A stretch of DNA of 54,548 nucleotides, from NCBI GenBank assembly GCA_964654355.1, contig CAZZIQ010000002.1, positions 1 to 54,548 of the forward strand. Direction: 5' to 3'. The position numbers and the translations under genes were made by a program. The DNA is from an uncultured Piscirickettsiaceae bacterium (GTDB lineage Bacteria > Pseudomonadota > Gammaproteobacteria > GCF-002020875). This document shows positions 25,907 through 41,276 of the stretch, piece after piece; the stretch's first letter is position 1; each line of letters opens with the position of its first letter. A model generated the notes under the pieces. It was given only the letters and a program-made list of their open reading frames with translations, had not been told where the DNA came from and ran no database searches.

Positions 25907-26214
25907 AGATTCCAGCACATTTCTGTGACGTGCAGGCAGAGCCACAGCTACGCGAAGCGATCGTGGGCTGGCTTAAACAAATACCGCTAGATCAATTGCC
26001 TAGACTCACCTTCGGACAAATTGAGCCGGACTCACTCGAGATTTCGATCCTGTCGATCAAGCGCGGCGATCAGGAGACAGAGGTTGTCCTACAGATTTGG
26101 TTCAAAGAAACCATGACAGGATCGAGTTGTGGTTTCGAAGCGTCGCCCGAGGCGGGCTACGCTGAGGTTGTCTTGGCCATGGATTGCGCATCAGTAACTG
26201 CGCAGTTCCGCTAG
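25903..26214 (+). CDS. Hypothetical protein (103 aa)
   Basis: Start overlaps the previous stop as ATGA. No recognisable motif. The stop overlaps the convergent malic enzyme stop (CTAG). Confidence 0.5.
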   Translation: MKIPAHFCDVQAEPQLREAIVGWLKQIPLDQLPRLTFGQIEPDSLEISILSIKRGDQETEVVLQIWFKETMTGSSCGFEASPEAGYAEVVLAMDCASVTAQFR

Positions 26215-27452
26215 GGCGATGCAAGGACGCCGCTGTCTTTGGCAGCTTGTGCTACAGCGCCGGAAACGCGTTCACGTAGGCGGCTATCGAGAGGCTTCGG
26301 CAAGATGTAGTCACGACCAAAAGCCAGAGTATCCAGCTTGTAGGCCTTGAGCACATCAGCGGGCACCGGTTCGCGGGTAAGGTCGCGCAGCGCACGGACC
26401 GCAGCCATCTTCATTTCCAGGTTGATCGTGCGTGCACCAACATCCAGCGCGCCACGGAAGATGTAGGGAAAGCCGAGTACGTTATTGACCTGATTCGGAT
26501 AGTCGCTGCGTCCGGTGGCCATGATTAAATCATCGCGTGTGGCATGTGCCAGCTCCGGTGCGATTTCTGGGTCCGGGTTGGAGAGTGCAAAGACGGTCGG
26601 ATTGGCTGCCATGCTTGTGAGCATCTCAGCACTCAGCAGATCCGCACCCGACAAACCAATGAACACATCGGCGCCGTTCATGGCGTCAGCTAGTGTGCGC
26701 TGGTCGGTTACGCGTGCGAAGGATTGCTTCCATTCGTTGAGGTCGTCGCGTTCCCTGTGAATGACGCCTTTGCGATCCACCATGGTGAGGTGTTCTTTTT
26801 TTGCACCGAGACCGACGAGCAGGTTCATTGAGGCAATCCCAGCGGCACCGGCTCCGAGACAAACGATCTTGGCGTCTTCAATCTTTTTATTGCTGAGTTC
26901 CAGAGCATTGAGCAGGCCTGCCGCGATGATGATGGCGGTGCCGTGTTGATCATCATGGAACACCGGAATATTGAGGCGCTCAATGAGGGCTTGTTCGACT
27001 TCGAAGCAACGCGGGGCCGCGATGTCTTCAAGGTTGATCCCGCCAAAGGTGGGCGCAATGCGTGCGACGGTTTCAATCAGTTCCTCACTGCTGTTCACGT
27101 CCACTTCAATGTCGAACACATCGATGTCCGCAAATTTTTTGAACAGGACGCCTTTACCTTCCATCACCGGTTTGGCGGCGAGCGGGCCAACATTGCCGAG
27201 ACCCAGTACCGCTGTGCCATCACTGATCACAGCAACCAAGTTGCGGCGACCGGTGTAGAGGTCGACATCGGCAGGGTTTTCCGTAATCGCACGCACGGGT
27301 GCGGCAACGCCTGGTGAATAAGCCAGCGTAAGATCGCGCTGGGTATCGCAAGGCTTGGTGATGAAGGTGGCAAGCTTTCCGGCGGGCGAGGAAGCGTGAT
27401 ACGCCAACGCATCTTCGCGTAGCGCCTTGGCTTTGTCTTCGGGGCTGCTCAC
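26211..27452 (-). CDS. NAD(P)-dependent malic enzyme, short form without a phosphotransacetylase-like domain
   Basis: [28 protein letters not shown] and the [11 protein letters not shown] dinucleotide fold. 413 aa. Confidence 0.88.
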   Translation of the reverse strand: MSSPEDKAKALREDALAYHASSPAGKLATFITKPCDTQRDLTLAYSPGVAAPVRAITENPADVDLYTGRRNLVAVISDGTAVLGLGNVGPLAAKPVMEGKGVLFKKFADIDVFDIEVDVNSSEELIETVARIAPTFGGINLEDIAAPRCFEVEQALIERLNIPVFHDDQHGTAIIIAAGLLNALELSNKKIEDAKIVCLGAGAAGIASMNLLVGLGAKKEHLTMVDRKGVIHRERDDLNEWKQSFARVTDQRTLADAMNGADVFIGLSGADLLSAEMLTSMAANPTVFALSNPDPEIAPELAHATRDDLIMATGRSDYPNQVNNVLGFPYIFRGALDVGARTINLEMKMAAVRALRDLTREPVPADVLKAYKLDTLAFGRDYILPKPLDSRLRERVSGAVAQAAKDSGVLASP

Positions 27453-27455
27453 AAA

Positions 27456-33406
<5,951 letters not shown>

Positions 33407-33551
33407 GTGTTTCAGGTCTGCGCCCAGGGTCAACGGCATCCCGACGCATCTCACCATTTCCGAGGCGCCGAATCCTGCGAGACCGGGGTTGATTGCCGCA
33501 GACACATTTCCTTGTGTTTTGCGGGTCAATCAGGGGCAGAAAAGGTCCGAA

Positions 33552-33580
33552 AGTATAGTGCGCCGCTCTGTAGCGTTCAA
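33552..33580 (-). promoter_or_regulatory. Candidate sigma70 promoter for gltBD
   Basis: On the minus strand: TTGAAC (33580-33575), 17-nt spacer, TATACT (33557-33552). Confidence 0.4.
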
Positions 33581-33649
33581 TTTGCGCGACCCATTCATTA
33601 ATGGGTATCTGGGTGCGTGGGTAGTGAATTCACCCATGCGTGAACCCAG

Positions 33650-33940
33650 TCAGTAGACGTTTGGATGGCGTGGTGGTTCCGGCGGGCAGTCCGGTAAGGC
33701 CCCTTCGGCAAAGGTGATTCGATAGCCCTGTTGAATTTGTCGATCACGGCGGGATTCGAGGATGCCCACGGCATCTTCAAGGCATTCGAAGTGTTCGCGG
33801 GTGAGTTGGCCAGCGCGGCCGACATAGCCCGACTCGCGCACGAGATTCCAGCCCCCGAGCAGGTCGCGGACCAGGTGCAGTTGATAGAAGCGCGGCAGCT
33901 GATCGTCCTCGAGCGTGGGTTTTTGCATGTAAATGCGCAT
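33650..33940 (-). CDS. Small WGR-domain-like protein
   Basis: RFYQLHLVRDLLGGWNLVRESGYVGRAGQ matches the pattern of stand-alone WGR proteins (RFY.L.L..DLFG.W.L.REWGRIG..G). Here SGY replaces WGR. The start is ambiguous: TTG 33955, ATG 33940 or ATG 33928. Confidence 0.6.
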   Translation of the reverse strand: MRIYMQKPTLEDDQLPRFYQLHLVRDLLGGWNLVRESGYVGRAGQLTREHFECLEDAVGILESRRDRQIQQGYRITFAEGALPDCPPEPPRHPNVY

Positions 33941-33956
33941 GCGACTCGGAGGCAAC

Positions 33957-35147
33957 TTAGGAGGTTTGATAGCTCGGATCGAGTACGCGCCGGTGTTCCA
34001 GTAGCGCGTAACGGTCGGTCATGCCGGCGATGTAGTCAGCCACGGCGCGTGCACGCCCGATCGCCGGAGTCGCTTCTTCGGCCTCGAGCCGTTTCACGGC
34101 GGCTTGTTGTTCCGGAGGGAGTAAGCCAACTTCATTGTTAAAGGCGGTGAACAACTCGCGCAGCACCCGCTCCGCTTTGCTCGTCATGCGGTTCACGCGG
34201 TAGTGACGATAGAGGTTATGCCGTAAATGCCGTTTGAGTTCGAGATTGAGCTCACGCATTTCTGGACTGAAGCAGACCAGGGGTTCGCTTTGCGCGCGGA
34301 CATCTTCCAGCGTCTGAATATTGGCCGCTGCGATTCGGCGTTGACTGTTCTCCACAACATCGCGCACTTGGCGGTCAATCATGCGCCGAATGACTTCGTG
34401 AATCACACGACGACCTTCCAGTTCAGGGTAGCGCGTTCGTACCGCATCGTATTGGTCGCGAAAGAGTGCAATCTCACACAGTGCATCGAGTTCCAATAGA
34501 CGGGCGCGCAGGCCGTCGTCGATGTCATGGTTGTTGTAGGCAATTTCGTCAGCGAGGTTGACCAACTGCGCCTCTAGATTGGGCTGTCCGCTATTGAGAA
34601 AGCGTGCGCCAACTGCGCCCAGTTGCTCCGCGTTTTTCTGTGAGCAATGTTTGAGAATGCCTTCGCGGGTCTCGAACGTAAGATTCAGGCCGGGGAAGTC
34701 GGCATAGCGTTGTTCTAGGGCGTCGACCACGCGTAGCGATTGCAGATTATGTTCAAAGCCGCCGTAGTCCTGCATGCAATCGTTCAAGGCATCTTGACCG
34801 GCATGCCCGAACGGGGTGTGGCCAAGGTCATGCGCCAGTGCGATCGCTTCTGCTAAGTCTTCGTTGAGTTGCAGTGTGCGTGCAACCGAACGCGCAATTT
34901 GTGCGACTTCGATGCTGTGAGTAAGGCGTGTGCGGTACATATCGCCTTCGTGATTTACGAAGACTTGGGTTTTGTATTCGAGGCGTCGAAAGGCACCGGA
35001 GTGAATGATGCGATCGCGATCGCGTTGATGTTCGCTGCGATAGCCGGGGGGTGGCTCTGCGAAGGCGCGACCTTTCGAGTTGTGATCGCTAACCGCGTAA
35101 CTGGCGAGACCGGTGCTTGGCATGGCGCGCTCGTTACACAGGTTCAT
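33957..35147 (-). CDS. dgt: dGTP triphosphohydrolase-like HD-domain protein
   Basis: [16 protein letters not shown] and [14 protein letters not shown] motifs. About 390 aa. An alternative start at 35123 would avoid the overlap with aroB. Confidence 0.85.
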   Translation of the reverse strand: MNLCNERAMPSTGLASYAVSDHNSKGRAFAEPPPGYRSEHQRDRDRIIHSGAFRRLEYKTQVFVNHEGDMYRTRLTHSIEVAQIARSVARTLQLNEDLAEAIALAHDLGHTPFGHAGQDALNDCMQDYGGFEHNLQSLRVVDALEQRYADFPGLNLTFETREGILKHCSQKNAEQLGAVGARFLNSGQPNLEAQLVNLADEIAYNNHDIDDGLRARLLELDALCEIALFRDQYDAVRTRYPELEGRRVIHEVIRRMIDRQVRDVVENSQRRIAAANIQTLEDVRAQSEPLVCFSPEMRELNLELKRHLRHNLYRHYRVNRMTSKAERVLRELFTAFNNEVGLLPPEQQAAVKRLEAEEATPAIGRARAVADYIAGMTDRYALLEHRRVLDPSYQTS

Positions 35148-36231
35148 TGCGTACGCCGCGACAGGCGTCTAGCGTCTGTCTCAACAAAGTCGGATCGTAA
35201 TCGGCAGTTAGTATTGCTCCGCCAAGTTCTTTCAAAAGAACTAAACGGATCTGGCCTGCCTCCACTTTTTTATCGATCGCCATCATTTCTAAGTAGCGTG
35301 CATTGTCTAGATCTTTGGGACCAACCACGGGGAGCTTGCTGCGCGCGATGAGATCCCGGGTGCGCGCAACGTCGGCTTCGTCAATCCAGCCCATGCGTTG
35401 TGACAAGTCGGCGGCCATCACCATGCCCGTCGCTACCGCTTCGCCGTGTAGCCATGCGCCGTAGCCCATACCGGCCTCAATCGCATGACCAAAGGTGTGG
35501 CCTAGGTTAAGCAGTGCACGTTGATTGGCTTCGTGTTCGTCAGCGGCCACAACTTCGGCTTTGTTTTGACACGAGCGCTCAATCGCTTCAGAGAGTGCAG
35601 CTGGATCGCGCGTATTCAATGCGTCGATATGCTTTTCGATCCAGACGAGAAAGACCGGGTCACGAATTAATCCGTATTTAATGACCTCGGCAATGCCTGC
35701 CGCGAGTTGGCGTGGCTCAAGGGTGTTAAGGGTTTCGGTGTCGGCCAGCACACATTGCGGCTGATAGAACGCCCCAATCATGTTTTTGCCGAGCGGATGA
35801 TTGACCCCGGTCTTGCCGCCGACGGAGGAGTCCACCTGTGCGAGCAAGGTGGTCGGGATCTGAATGAAATTCACGCCACGCTGATAGGTCGCTGCGGCAA
35901 AGCCGGTGAGATCGCCAATGACACCGCCACCGAGTGCAACGAGCGTGCACTTGCGGTCGAAGCGCAGTTGCAGCAAGCGGGTGAAGATCAGCTCTGCGGT
36001 TTGCAGATTCTTGGTTTCTTCGCCGTCGGGCAGGACGAGGGCTTCCACCTCAAATCCGGCAAACAGTTTTACGGCACGATCCAGATACAGTGGCGCGACG
36101 ATTTCATTGGTGACAATCAGCACTTGCCGACCGTGCACATGGGGCTGCACCAATTCCGGATGCGCGAGGAGGCCCGGACCAATATGGATCGGGTAGCTAC
36201 GCGCACCCAGTTCAACTTGCAGGGTTTTCAT
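35134..36231 (-). CDS. aroB: 3-dehydroquinate synthase
   Basis: [21 protein letters not shown]-terminus, [20 protein letters not shown], and the metal-site region HTFGHAIE. Start trimmed from 36312. Confidence 0.93.
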   Translation of the reverse strand: MKTLQVELGARSYPIHIGPGLLAHPELVQPHVHGRQVLIVTNEIVAPLYLDRAVKLFAGFEVEALVLPDGEETKNLQTAELIFTRLLQLRFDRKCTLVALGGGVIGDLTGFAAATYQRGVNFIQIPTTLLAQVDSSVGGKTGVNHPLGKNMIGAFYQPQCVLADTETLNTLEPRQLAAGIAEVIKYGLIRDPVFLVWIEKHIDALNTRDPAALSEAIERSCQNKAEVVAADEHEANQRALLNLGHTFGHAIEAGMGYGAWLHGEAVATGMVMAADLSQRMGWIDEADVARTRDLIARSKLPVVGPKDLDNARYLEMMAIDKKVEAGQIRLVLLKELGGAILTADYDPTLLRQTLDACRGVRNEPV

Positions 36232-36315
36232 GACTGGAAATTCCAAAAAAATGTGTGCGCAAGTGTAGCGCGCAGCGCTTGCGCGGTCAGCGCGGCGCTG
36301 GCCTGGGCACATGTT

Positions 36316-36855
36316 TCAGGGTGTCGTAGAGCTCGTCTCAAGCTGCTTCAGCAGATGTTGCAGTACGGTTTTAACCGGCTGCTTGCCAGTGCTCAGCACA
36401 ATCTCGGCAACCTCGCGATAAAGCGGGTCGCGCAGCTCAAAAAGCTCTTGCAAGCGTGTCTTGGGGTCAGCGGTTTGTAACAGTGGGCGTTTGCGGTCGC
36501 GTTTGGTGCGGCTGTAGAGGTGTTCCACCGTCGCGTTTAGATACACCGTCGTCCCACGCTGTTTCAGATGCTTGCGATTTTCTTCGCGTAGAACAGCGCC
36601 ACCACCCGTCGCCAGCACGATGCCGTCGCGTTGGGTGAGCTCGTCAATTACGGTTGCTTCACGATCACGAAAGCCCGCTTCACCCTCGATGTCAAAAATC
36701 GTTGCGATGGTGACGCCTGTGCGTTTCTCAATCTCATCATCGCTGTCGACGAACTTCAGCTTGAGCGCTTTGGCCAGTTGTTTGCCCAGCGTGGTCTTGC
36801 CGGCGCCCATGAGGCCAACCAGAAAGATGCGCGTTGGGGGTGTTGTTGGGCTCAT
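36316..36855 (-). CDS. aroK: Shikimate kinase
   Basis: P-loop GLMGAGKTTLGKQLA, with DSD and GGG motifs. Conserved pilQ-aroK-aroB order. Confidence 0.93.
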   Translation of the reverse strand: MSPTTPPTRIFLVGLMGAGKTTLGKQLAKALKLKFVDSDDEIEKRTGVTIATIFDIEGEAGFRDREATVIDELTQRDGIVLATGGGAVLREENRKHLKQRGTTVYLNATVEHLYSRTKRDRKRPLLQTADPKTRLQELFELRDPLYREVAEIVLSTGKQPVKTVLQHLLKQLETSSTTP

Positions 36856-38672
36856 GATTGAGGCGGAGCTGCACTTGCTGGGCCCTTTTCTGGGCGTTCA
36901 ACTGGCGGCATTTGCAGATGACGTTGGCTGGGTGGAGCAATGCCTTCTTTGAGGATTTGCGGTGTTAGGAAAACCAGCAGCTCCGCCTTTTGACTGTCTT
37001 TGTAGTCGCTGCGGAACAGTCGACCAAGGAATGGAAGATCACCGAGGAAGGGAACCTTCGTTTGATCGATCTGGTTGATTTCTTCGTAGATGCCGCCGAT
37101 CACCAGCGTTTCGCCATCGGCAATCATGACCTCGGTCTGAATTTCATTGGTGTTAATGCCAGGCTCTTGCTTGACCCCATAAGTGCTGGTTGTAGGTGAG
37201 TCCTTTTTGATGCTCACGGCCATCACGATTTGACCTCTCGGCGTGATGCGCGGAGTCACCTTGAGCTGCATCACTGCCTCTTTGAATTCGACGTCGGTTG
37301 CTCCGCTTGAGGTTTCAGAAACATAGGGAATTTCCACGCCCTGCTGGATTAAGGCTTCTTTGCCGTTGCTGGTGAGGATGCGTGGATTGGCAACGGTTTC
37401 GCTTAAACCCTGGATCTGTGCCGCGGAGAGCTCGAGATCCAGCAAGATACCAACGGGAAGCTTCCCAATCGATAAACCGATTGTCCCCGCTGTATTAGAT
37501 GAGGGTAGGTTCACAGCAAGACGACTTTGGTCGCTGCTGGTGAGCGTAGGCGTGGTTCCGCCAAGTGCGGTATTTGCATTCGCGATGGAGCCCGATACAC
37601 CGACTTCCCAGCCGTCTTGATCACCAGGTACTTTCTGAATGCCCAGTTTGACACCAAGGTCTTTGGTGAAGTCATCGCTGGCAATCACAATGCGCGATTC
37701 GATTAAGACCTGTTGTGCGGGGAGATCGAGTTCCTGCAATGCAGTACGGATGTCTTGCAAATGCACTTCGGTGTCGCGGATGAGTAGCGTGTTCGTCCGT
37801 TCATCAACCCGCACGCTACCGCGTGGCGAGAGCAAGTGAGATTGTGTGCCTTCGAGCAATTTGGCTAATTCGCTCGCTTGCGCGTAATGCACTGGAATTT
37901 GCGCGTGGATCAGCGGTGCCGCGCGCGCTGCGTTTTGTGTCGCTTCATTGATGGAAGCGAGTTCGTTGGCTGGGGCAATCCACAGCACATTGCCGCGCCC
38001 ACGCATCGCCAGCCCTTGTGCCTGCAAGATCACATCCAATGCTTGGTCCCAGGGGACTTGGTGTAACCGTAGCGTCACATTGCCTTGCACTGAATCACTG
38101 GTGATGATGTTGAGGCCGGTGAATTCTGCCAAGATCTCGAGCGCGCGACGTGTTTCAATTTGTTGGAAGTTAAGGGTGAGCGGTGTGCCGCGATAGTCGT
38201 TGCTATGGGGTTGCGCGAGACGATGGGCAAGTACGGTCGTTGCATCACTGACCATTACGGTTTGATTTAAGCGGTCTGGTGAGGTTAGCTGTACTGCAAT
38301 CTGATTGCCGGTATTTTGCAGTGTTGCAGATTGAGCTTGGTTGAATTCAAGAACAATGCGGCTGCGGCTCGTGTCGCTGAAGACTTGCGCATCAACGATG
38401 CCTGGGTGGCTGCGTAGGGCATCGTTCAATGGTTGCGTCGCGCCAATCGAGGTGTCGGCTAGGTCGAGAATGAGGCGTGGCTGCCGCGGATCTATATAGA
38501 GATGCGCGCGGGTTGGTTGATCAAGCTGGAGCTGTAGTGCATTGCCTAGCCATTCCGCGCTGCGTAATTCGCTGGCTTGCGCAGTCGCCACTATCAGCGT
38601 GCCGGCAATGCTGCTGGCGAGCAAGGTGCGCCGAGTGGAATTCGCACGCGGTTGGCTGTGTAGTTTTTTCAT
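36852..38672 (-). CDS. pilQ: Type IV pilus secretin PilQ
   Basis: Signal peptide, AMIN-like N-terminus (RLILDLADT), and a secretin C-domain ending in VPFLGDLPFLGRLFR. Its ATG overlaps the upstream stop as ATGA. Confidence 0.88.
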   Translation of the reverse strand: MKKLHSQPRANSTRRTLLASSIAGTLIVATAQASELRSAEWLGNALQLQLDQPTRAHLYIDPRQPRLILDLADTSIGATQPLNDALRSHPGIVDAQVFSDTSRSRIVLEFNQAQSATLQNTGNQIAVQLTSPDRLNQTVMVSDATTVLAHRLAQPHSNDYRGTPLTLNFQQIETRRALEILAEFTGLNIITSDSVQGNVTLRLHQVPWDQALDVILQAQGLAMRGRGNVLWIAPANELASINEATQNAARAAPLIHAQIPVHYAQASELAKLLEGTQSHLLSPRGSVRVDERTNTLLIRDTEVHLQDIRTALQELDLPAQQVLIESRIVIASDDFTKDLGVKLGIQKVPGDQDGWEVGVSGSIANANTALGGTTPTLTSSDQSRLAVNLPSSNTAGTIGLSIGKLPVGILLDLELSAAQIQGLSETVANPRILTSNGKEALIQQGVEIPYVSETSSGATDVEFKEAVMQLKVTPRITPRGQIVMAVSIKKDSPTTSTYGVKQEPGINTNEIQTEVMIADGETLVIGGIYEEINQIDQTKVPFLGDLPFLGRLFRSDYKDSQKAELLVFLTPQILKEGIAPPSQRHLQMPPVERPEKGPASAAPPQS

Positions 38673-39610
38673 GGTGCAGATCCAATCGGCGCGGAATGTA
38701 CGGTCAGGCGTTGATGTTCACGGCGAAGGCTTGCGCTTGCGGGATGCCGCGGTTGCATTACTAAGTCAACGGAGTCGGGCAAGATCGCGAGAATTCTAGC
38801 GTGCTCACGCCCGACTGCATCCCCTATGCGAGCGCTAATTACACGATCGTCAGGCAGCAAGAAGAGTGCACGCGATTGCCCACGTTCTGGATCGATAAGG
38901 GTGCCGACAAGCAATAGTGCATTCAGATCCAGTTCAGTGAGTGGGCTGGTTTCCGTTGCTGCCTTTGTCGTGATTGTGCCCGCTGGTTGAAACGGATTGC
39001 GCGGCCCGAGCGTAACCTTCTGTGGCGATTTTTTGAGCCAACGCCAGAAGTCTTGAGAGGGTTGCTTTGCCGCAGTCGTCGCTTGGGTTTCCGTTGCGAT
39101 GGTCAGTTGGAGTTGTCGACCACCTGTTGTTGGTGCGGGTGTTTGAATCTGCGCGCTTAGGTTGTGTTCCGGGTCCAGTTGTACGGCAAGATCGTGGAGC
39201 ATGTTTGTGATTTGTGGGAGTGAGCCCTGAAATACAAGTCGATTTTGATCGGGGGGCAGAGTGCCACGCTGTTGTGCGGCGCGATTTGAGTCGGTCTGTT
39301 CGAGACGATGCAGCTGAAGCCCTTGTTGCGCTGCAAGACGTCGTATGCGCTCTTCGACTTCGCCTTTTTGGCGTTGTTGTAGATACGGGGAAAGTCCTGT
39401 GTCGAGCAGTACAAGCTCATGTTGTTGGCGCTGTTTTTGTTGTAACACGCTTACGTTTTGTTCGAGAGTTTTTTGCAACGTAATGCGCTGTTGTTCTGCC
39501 CATTGCTCGCCAAGCAAGAGTGCGACGAATAGCGTCCATGTCAGTATAGGAAGCCAGTGGCTTGGGGTTCGTTCAAGTTGCAGGCGAATCATGGCGGAGA
39601 TAGCGCTCAT
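38669..39610 (-). CDS. Type IV pilus alignment protein: apparent PilO-like / PilP-like fusion
   Basis: It is the only ORF between pilN and pilQ. The N-terminus has a TM helix and a Q-rich coiled coil. A T/A/Q-rich linker follows. The C-terminus RNPFQP...LLLVGTLIDPERGQSRALFLLPDDRVISARIGDAVG...ARILAI resembles the PilP beta-domain. There is no Cys in the whole protein. ATG 39610 shares one nucleotide with the pilN stop (TGATG). Confidence 0.6.
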   Translation of the reverse strand: MSAISAMIRLQLERTPSHWLPILTWTLFVALLLGEQWAEQQRITLQKTLEQNVSVLQQKQRQQHELVLLDTGLSPYLQQRQKGEVEERIRRLAAQQGLQLHRLEQTDSNRAAQQRGTLPPDQNRLVFQGSLPQITNMLHDLAVQLDPEHNLSAQIQTPAPTTGGRQLQLTIATETQATTAAKQPSQDFWRWLKKSPQKVTLGPRNPFQPAGTITTKAATETSPLTELDLNALLLVGTLIDPERGQSRALFLLPDDRVISARIGDAVGREHARILAILPDSVDLVMQPRHPASASLRREHQRLTVHSAPIGSAP

Positions 39611-40167
39611 CAAGAGGTGCCTCCGTAATGGTCTGTGTCTGTGTCGATCGGGATGCGGATGCGAAAAAGGTGAACGGCTGATTTTTCAGTGGTCTCGAGC
39701 TGTTCTAAAACAACACGTGCCTGCGTCTTGCTTTGCAGAATTCGCTGCAAAGATGTGATGGCTTGGATGTGTTGCCCGGTCCCGTTCAGAATCAGCACAT
39801 TGGCGTCCAGCGAAACGCCGGTGAGTACGGCATCTACGGGCATGGCTGATGAGAGTTCGGCCAGGTGTTGGCGCAGCTGATCGAGTGCGCGTTGCTGTTG
39901 ATAAAGCGTCTGTGCGCGCCGCAGGGTGTTGCCGTGCGCAGCCGTATCGGGGCGTTGTTGCTGGTTCACTTCAGCGAGCAAGGCCTTTAGGTCGGAATGC
40001 GTCGCCAGCTGCTGGGTCAGGAGCGTGAACATGCCGACGGACAGTACAGCGCCGAGTACGGTGAACAGCTGTATCGAACGCCGCCACCGTGTGCGGCGTT
40101 GACGTTCGCGCCAAGGCACGAGATTGAAATTGGGTAAATCGCGATGAACGGGTCGGAGCAGTTTCAT
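39610..40167 (-). CDS. pilN: Type IV pilus assembly protein PilN
   Basis: Start trimmed to MKLLRPVHRDLPNFNLVPWRERQRR, which carries the characteristic INLLPWRE-type motif. A TM helix and coiled coil follow. Confidence 0.75.
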   Translation of the reverse strand: MKLLRPVHRDLPNFNLVPWRERQRRTRWRRSIQLFTVLGAVLSVGMFTLLTQQLATHSDLKALLAEVNQQQRPDTAAHGNTLRRAQTLYQQQRALDQLRQHLAELSSAMPVDAVLTGVSLDANVLILNGTGQHIQAITSLQRILQSKTQARVVLEQLETTEKSAVHLFRIRIPIDTDTDHYGGTS

Positions 40168-40180
40168 CTGTCTGTGTCCG

Positions 40181-41218
40181 CTATTGAACCGCGCCGGCCG
40201 GTAAGCTCTGTAATGCGAGCCCAAAGGCAAATACGGCACTGCTGCCATAGCGTTGGGCGACGGATTCGGAAATTGCTGCTGCGCGTTCAATTTCGATCAA
40301 TGGGTTGTAAGGCTGCGCGGGAATCGGAAGTTGTTGCAAGGCGCGCACCAGAGGGGGGGCTTGGGTGGCGCTGCCAATCAACCATAAGCGCTGTAGTTTG
40401 AGTTGCGTGTTTTGGGTTTGCGCGGTTTGCAGTAGACGCTCCGCTTCTTCTTGAATGGTTTCTGCGGCGGCATGCAGGGCGCTGTAATCCTCCGCGCGGA
40501 GGCTGGGATCACACAAAGGCAGGTGCCAGTCCGGTGGAAGCTGTGTGCGCTGACTGAGTCGTAGTCGATCAATTTGTGCCCGCATCGTGGACGCAAAGCT
40601 ATAGAACTGTGCGTGTTCACGGCCGAAGTCGAGTACACCTAGGTGCGCTCGATCTTCAGCCTGAACGGGCAAGGCACGTTGTAGGGCGAGGCTCGCAGGT
40701 TCCAAGCGTTCGAGCTGTAACCCCGCTTGTGCGCAGAGTGCATGCAAGTTTTGGTAATGCTCACCCGGTATCGCACGCAATTGCAGGCGCGGCGTCGCGG
40801 CGTCTTGTGTTGGTAGCGTCGCGACATCCCACACCACTTCTTGTGCGTCGCGCAGGCCGGGGAGGCCTTCGGCAATGATTTCGAGCTCGGCCTCGAGTGC
40901 GTCGCCGCTCAGCAAGGCGCCATCGACCGCAGGCGGATCGAGTTCTTTGTGGCTAATGTCTCGGTCGGGAATCGATAAGGCGCAGCCACGTATGCGGGCG
41001 CCGCTTTCTTGGACGGCGCGGCGCAGGGCTTCTCGCAGCGCAGGAGGACTGGGTTGGCCGTGCACATTCTCGAGGGTTGCTGCCGGCAACGGTACATGGG
41101 CGAAATGGGTGAGTCGCGGGTTGGCTTGCGTACCGTCTAGTGCGAGCAATGTGATGCCACAGTCCTGGATTTGAATGCCGAGTGAAGAGGCTGTGGTGGG
41201 CGCGCGCGCGAACATCAA
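40181..41218 (-). CDS. pilM: Type IV pilus assembly ATPase-fold protein PilM (divergent)
   Basis: 345 aa, first gene of the pilMN(OP)Q cluster. Actin-like fold hints (LGIQIQDCGITLLAL, GVLDFGREHAQFY). The call rests mainly on synteny. Confidence 0.6.
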   Translation of the reverse strand: MMFARAPTTASSLGIQIQDCGITLLALDGTQANPRLTHFAHVPLPAATLENVHGQPSPPALREALRRAVQESGARIRGCALSIPDRDISHKELDPPAVDGALLSGDALEAELEIIAEGLPGLRDAQEVVWDVATLPTQDAATPRLQLRAIPGEHYQNLHALCAQAGLQLERLEPASLALQRALPVQAEDRAHLGVLDFGREHAQFYSFASTMRAQIDRLRLSQRTQLPPDWHLPLCDPSLRAEDYSALHAAAETIQEEAERLLQTAQTQNTQLKLQRLWLIGSATQAPPLVRALQQLPIPAQPYNPLIEIERAAAISESVAQRYGSSAVFAFGLALQSLPAGAVQ

Positions 41219-41276
41219 CGCAGTCTAGAATCCGCCGCATGAAATTGCACGCTGAGAACAGGGGCTCTTTATAACG

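Noticed and set aside
33624-33633. Perfect 10-bp palindrome GTGAATTCAC and a nearby ACCCATT-CATT-AATGGGT hairpin, between the WGR-like gene and the gltB promoter.
   Set aside because: Both are short enough to occur by chance. There is no T-tract for a terminator, and I can name no known operator consensus. I am not reporting them as regulatory sites.
36257-36284. Inverted repeat GCGCAAG...CTTGCGC in the 84-nt aroK-aroB spacer.
   Set aside because: The loop is 14 nt, there is no T-tract, and the repeat lies inside a conserved co-transcribed pair. It is probably incidental or a minor RNA structure.
35707-36480. 257-aa plus-strand ORF spanning aroB and aroK.
   Set aside because: It is antisense to two conserved genes and crosses their intergenic gap. 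No motifs were recognised.
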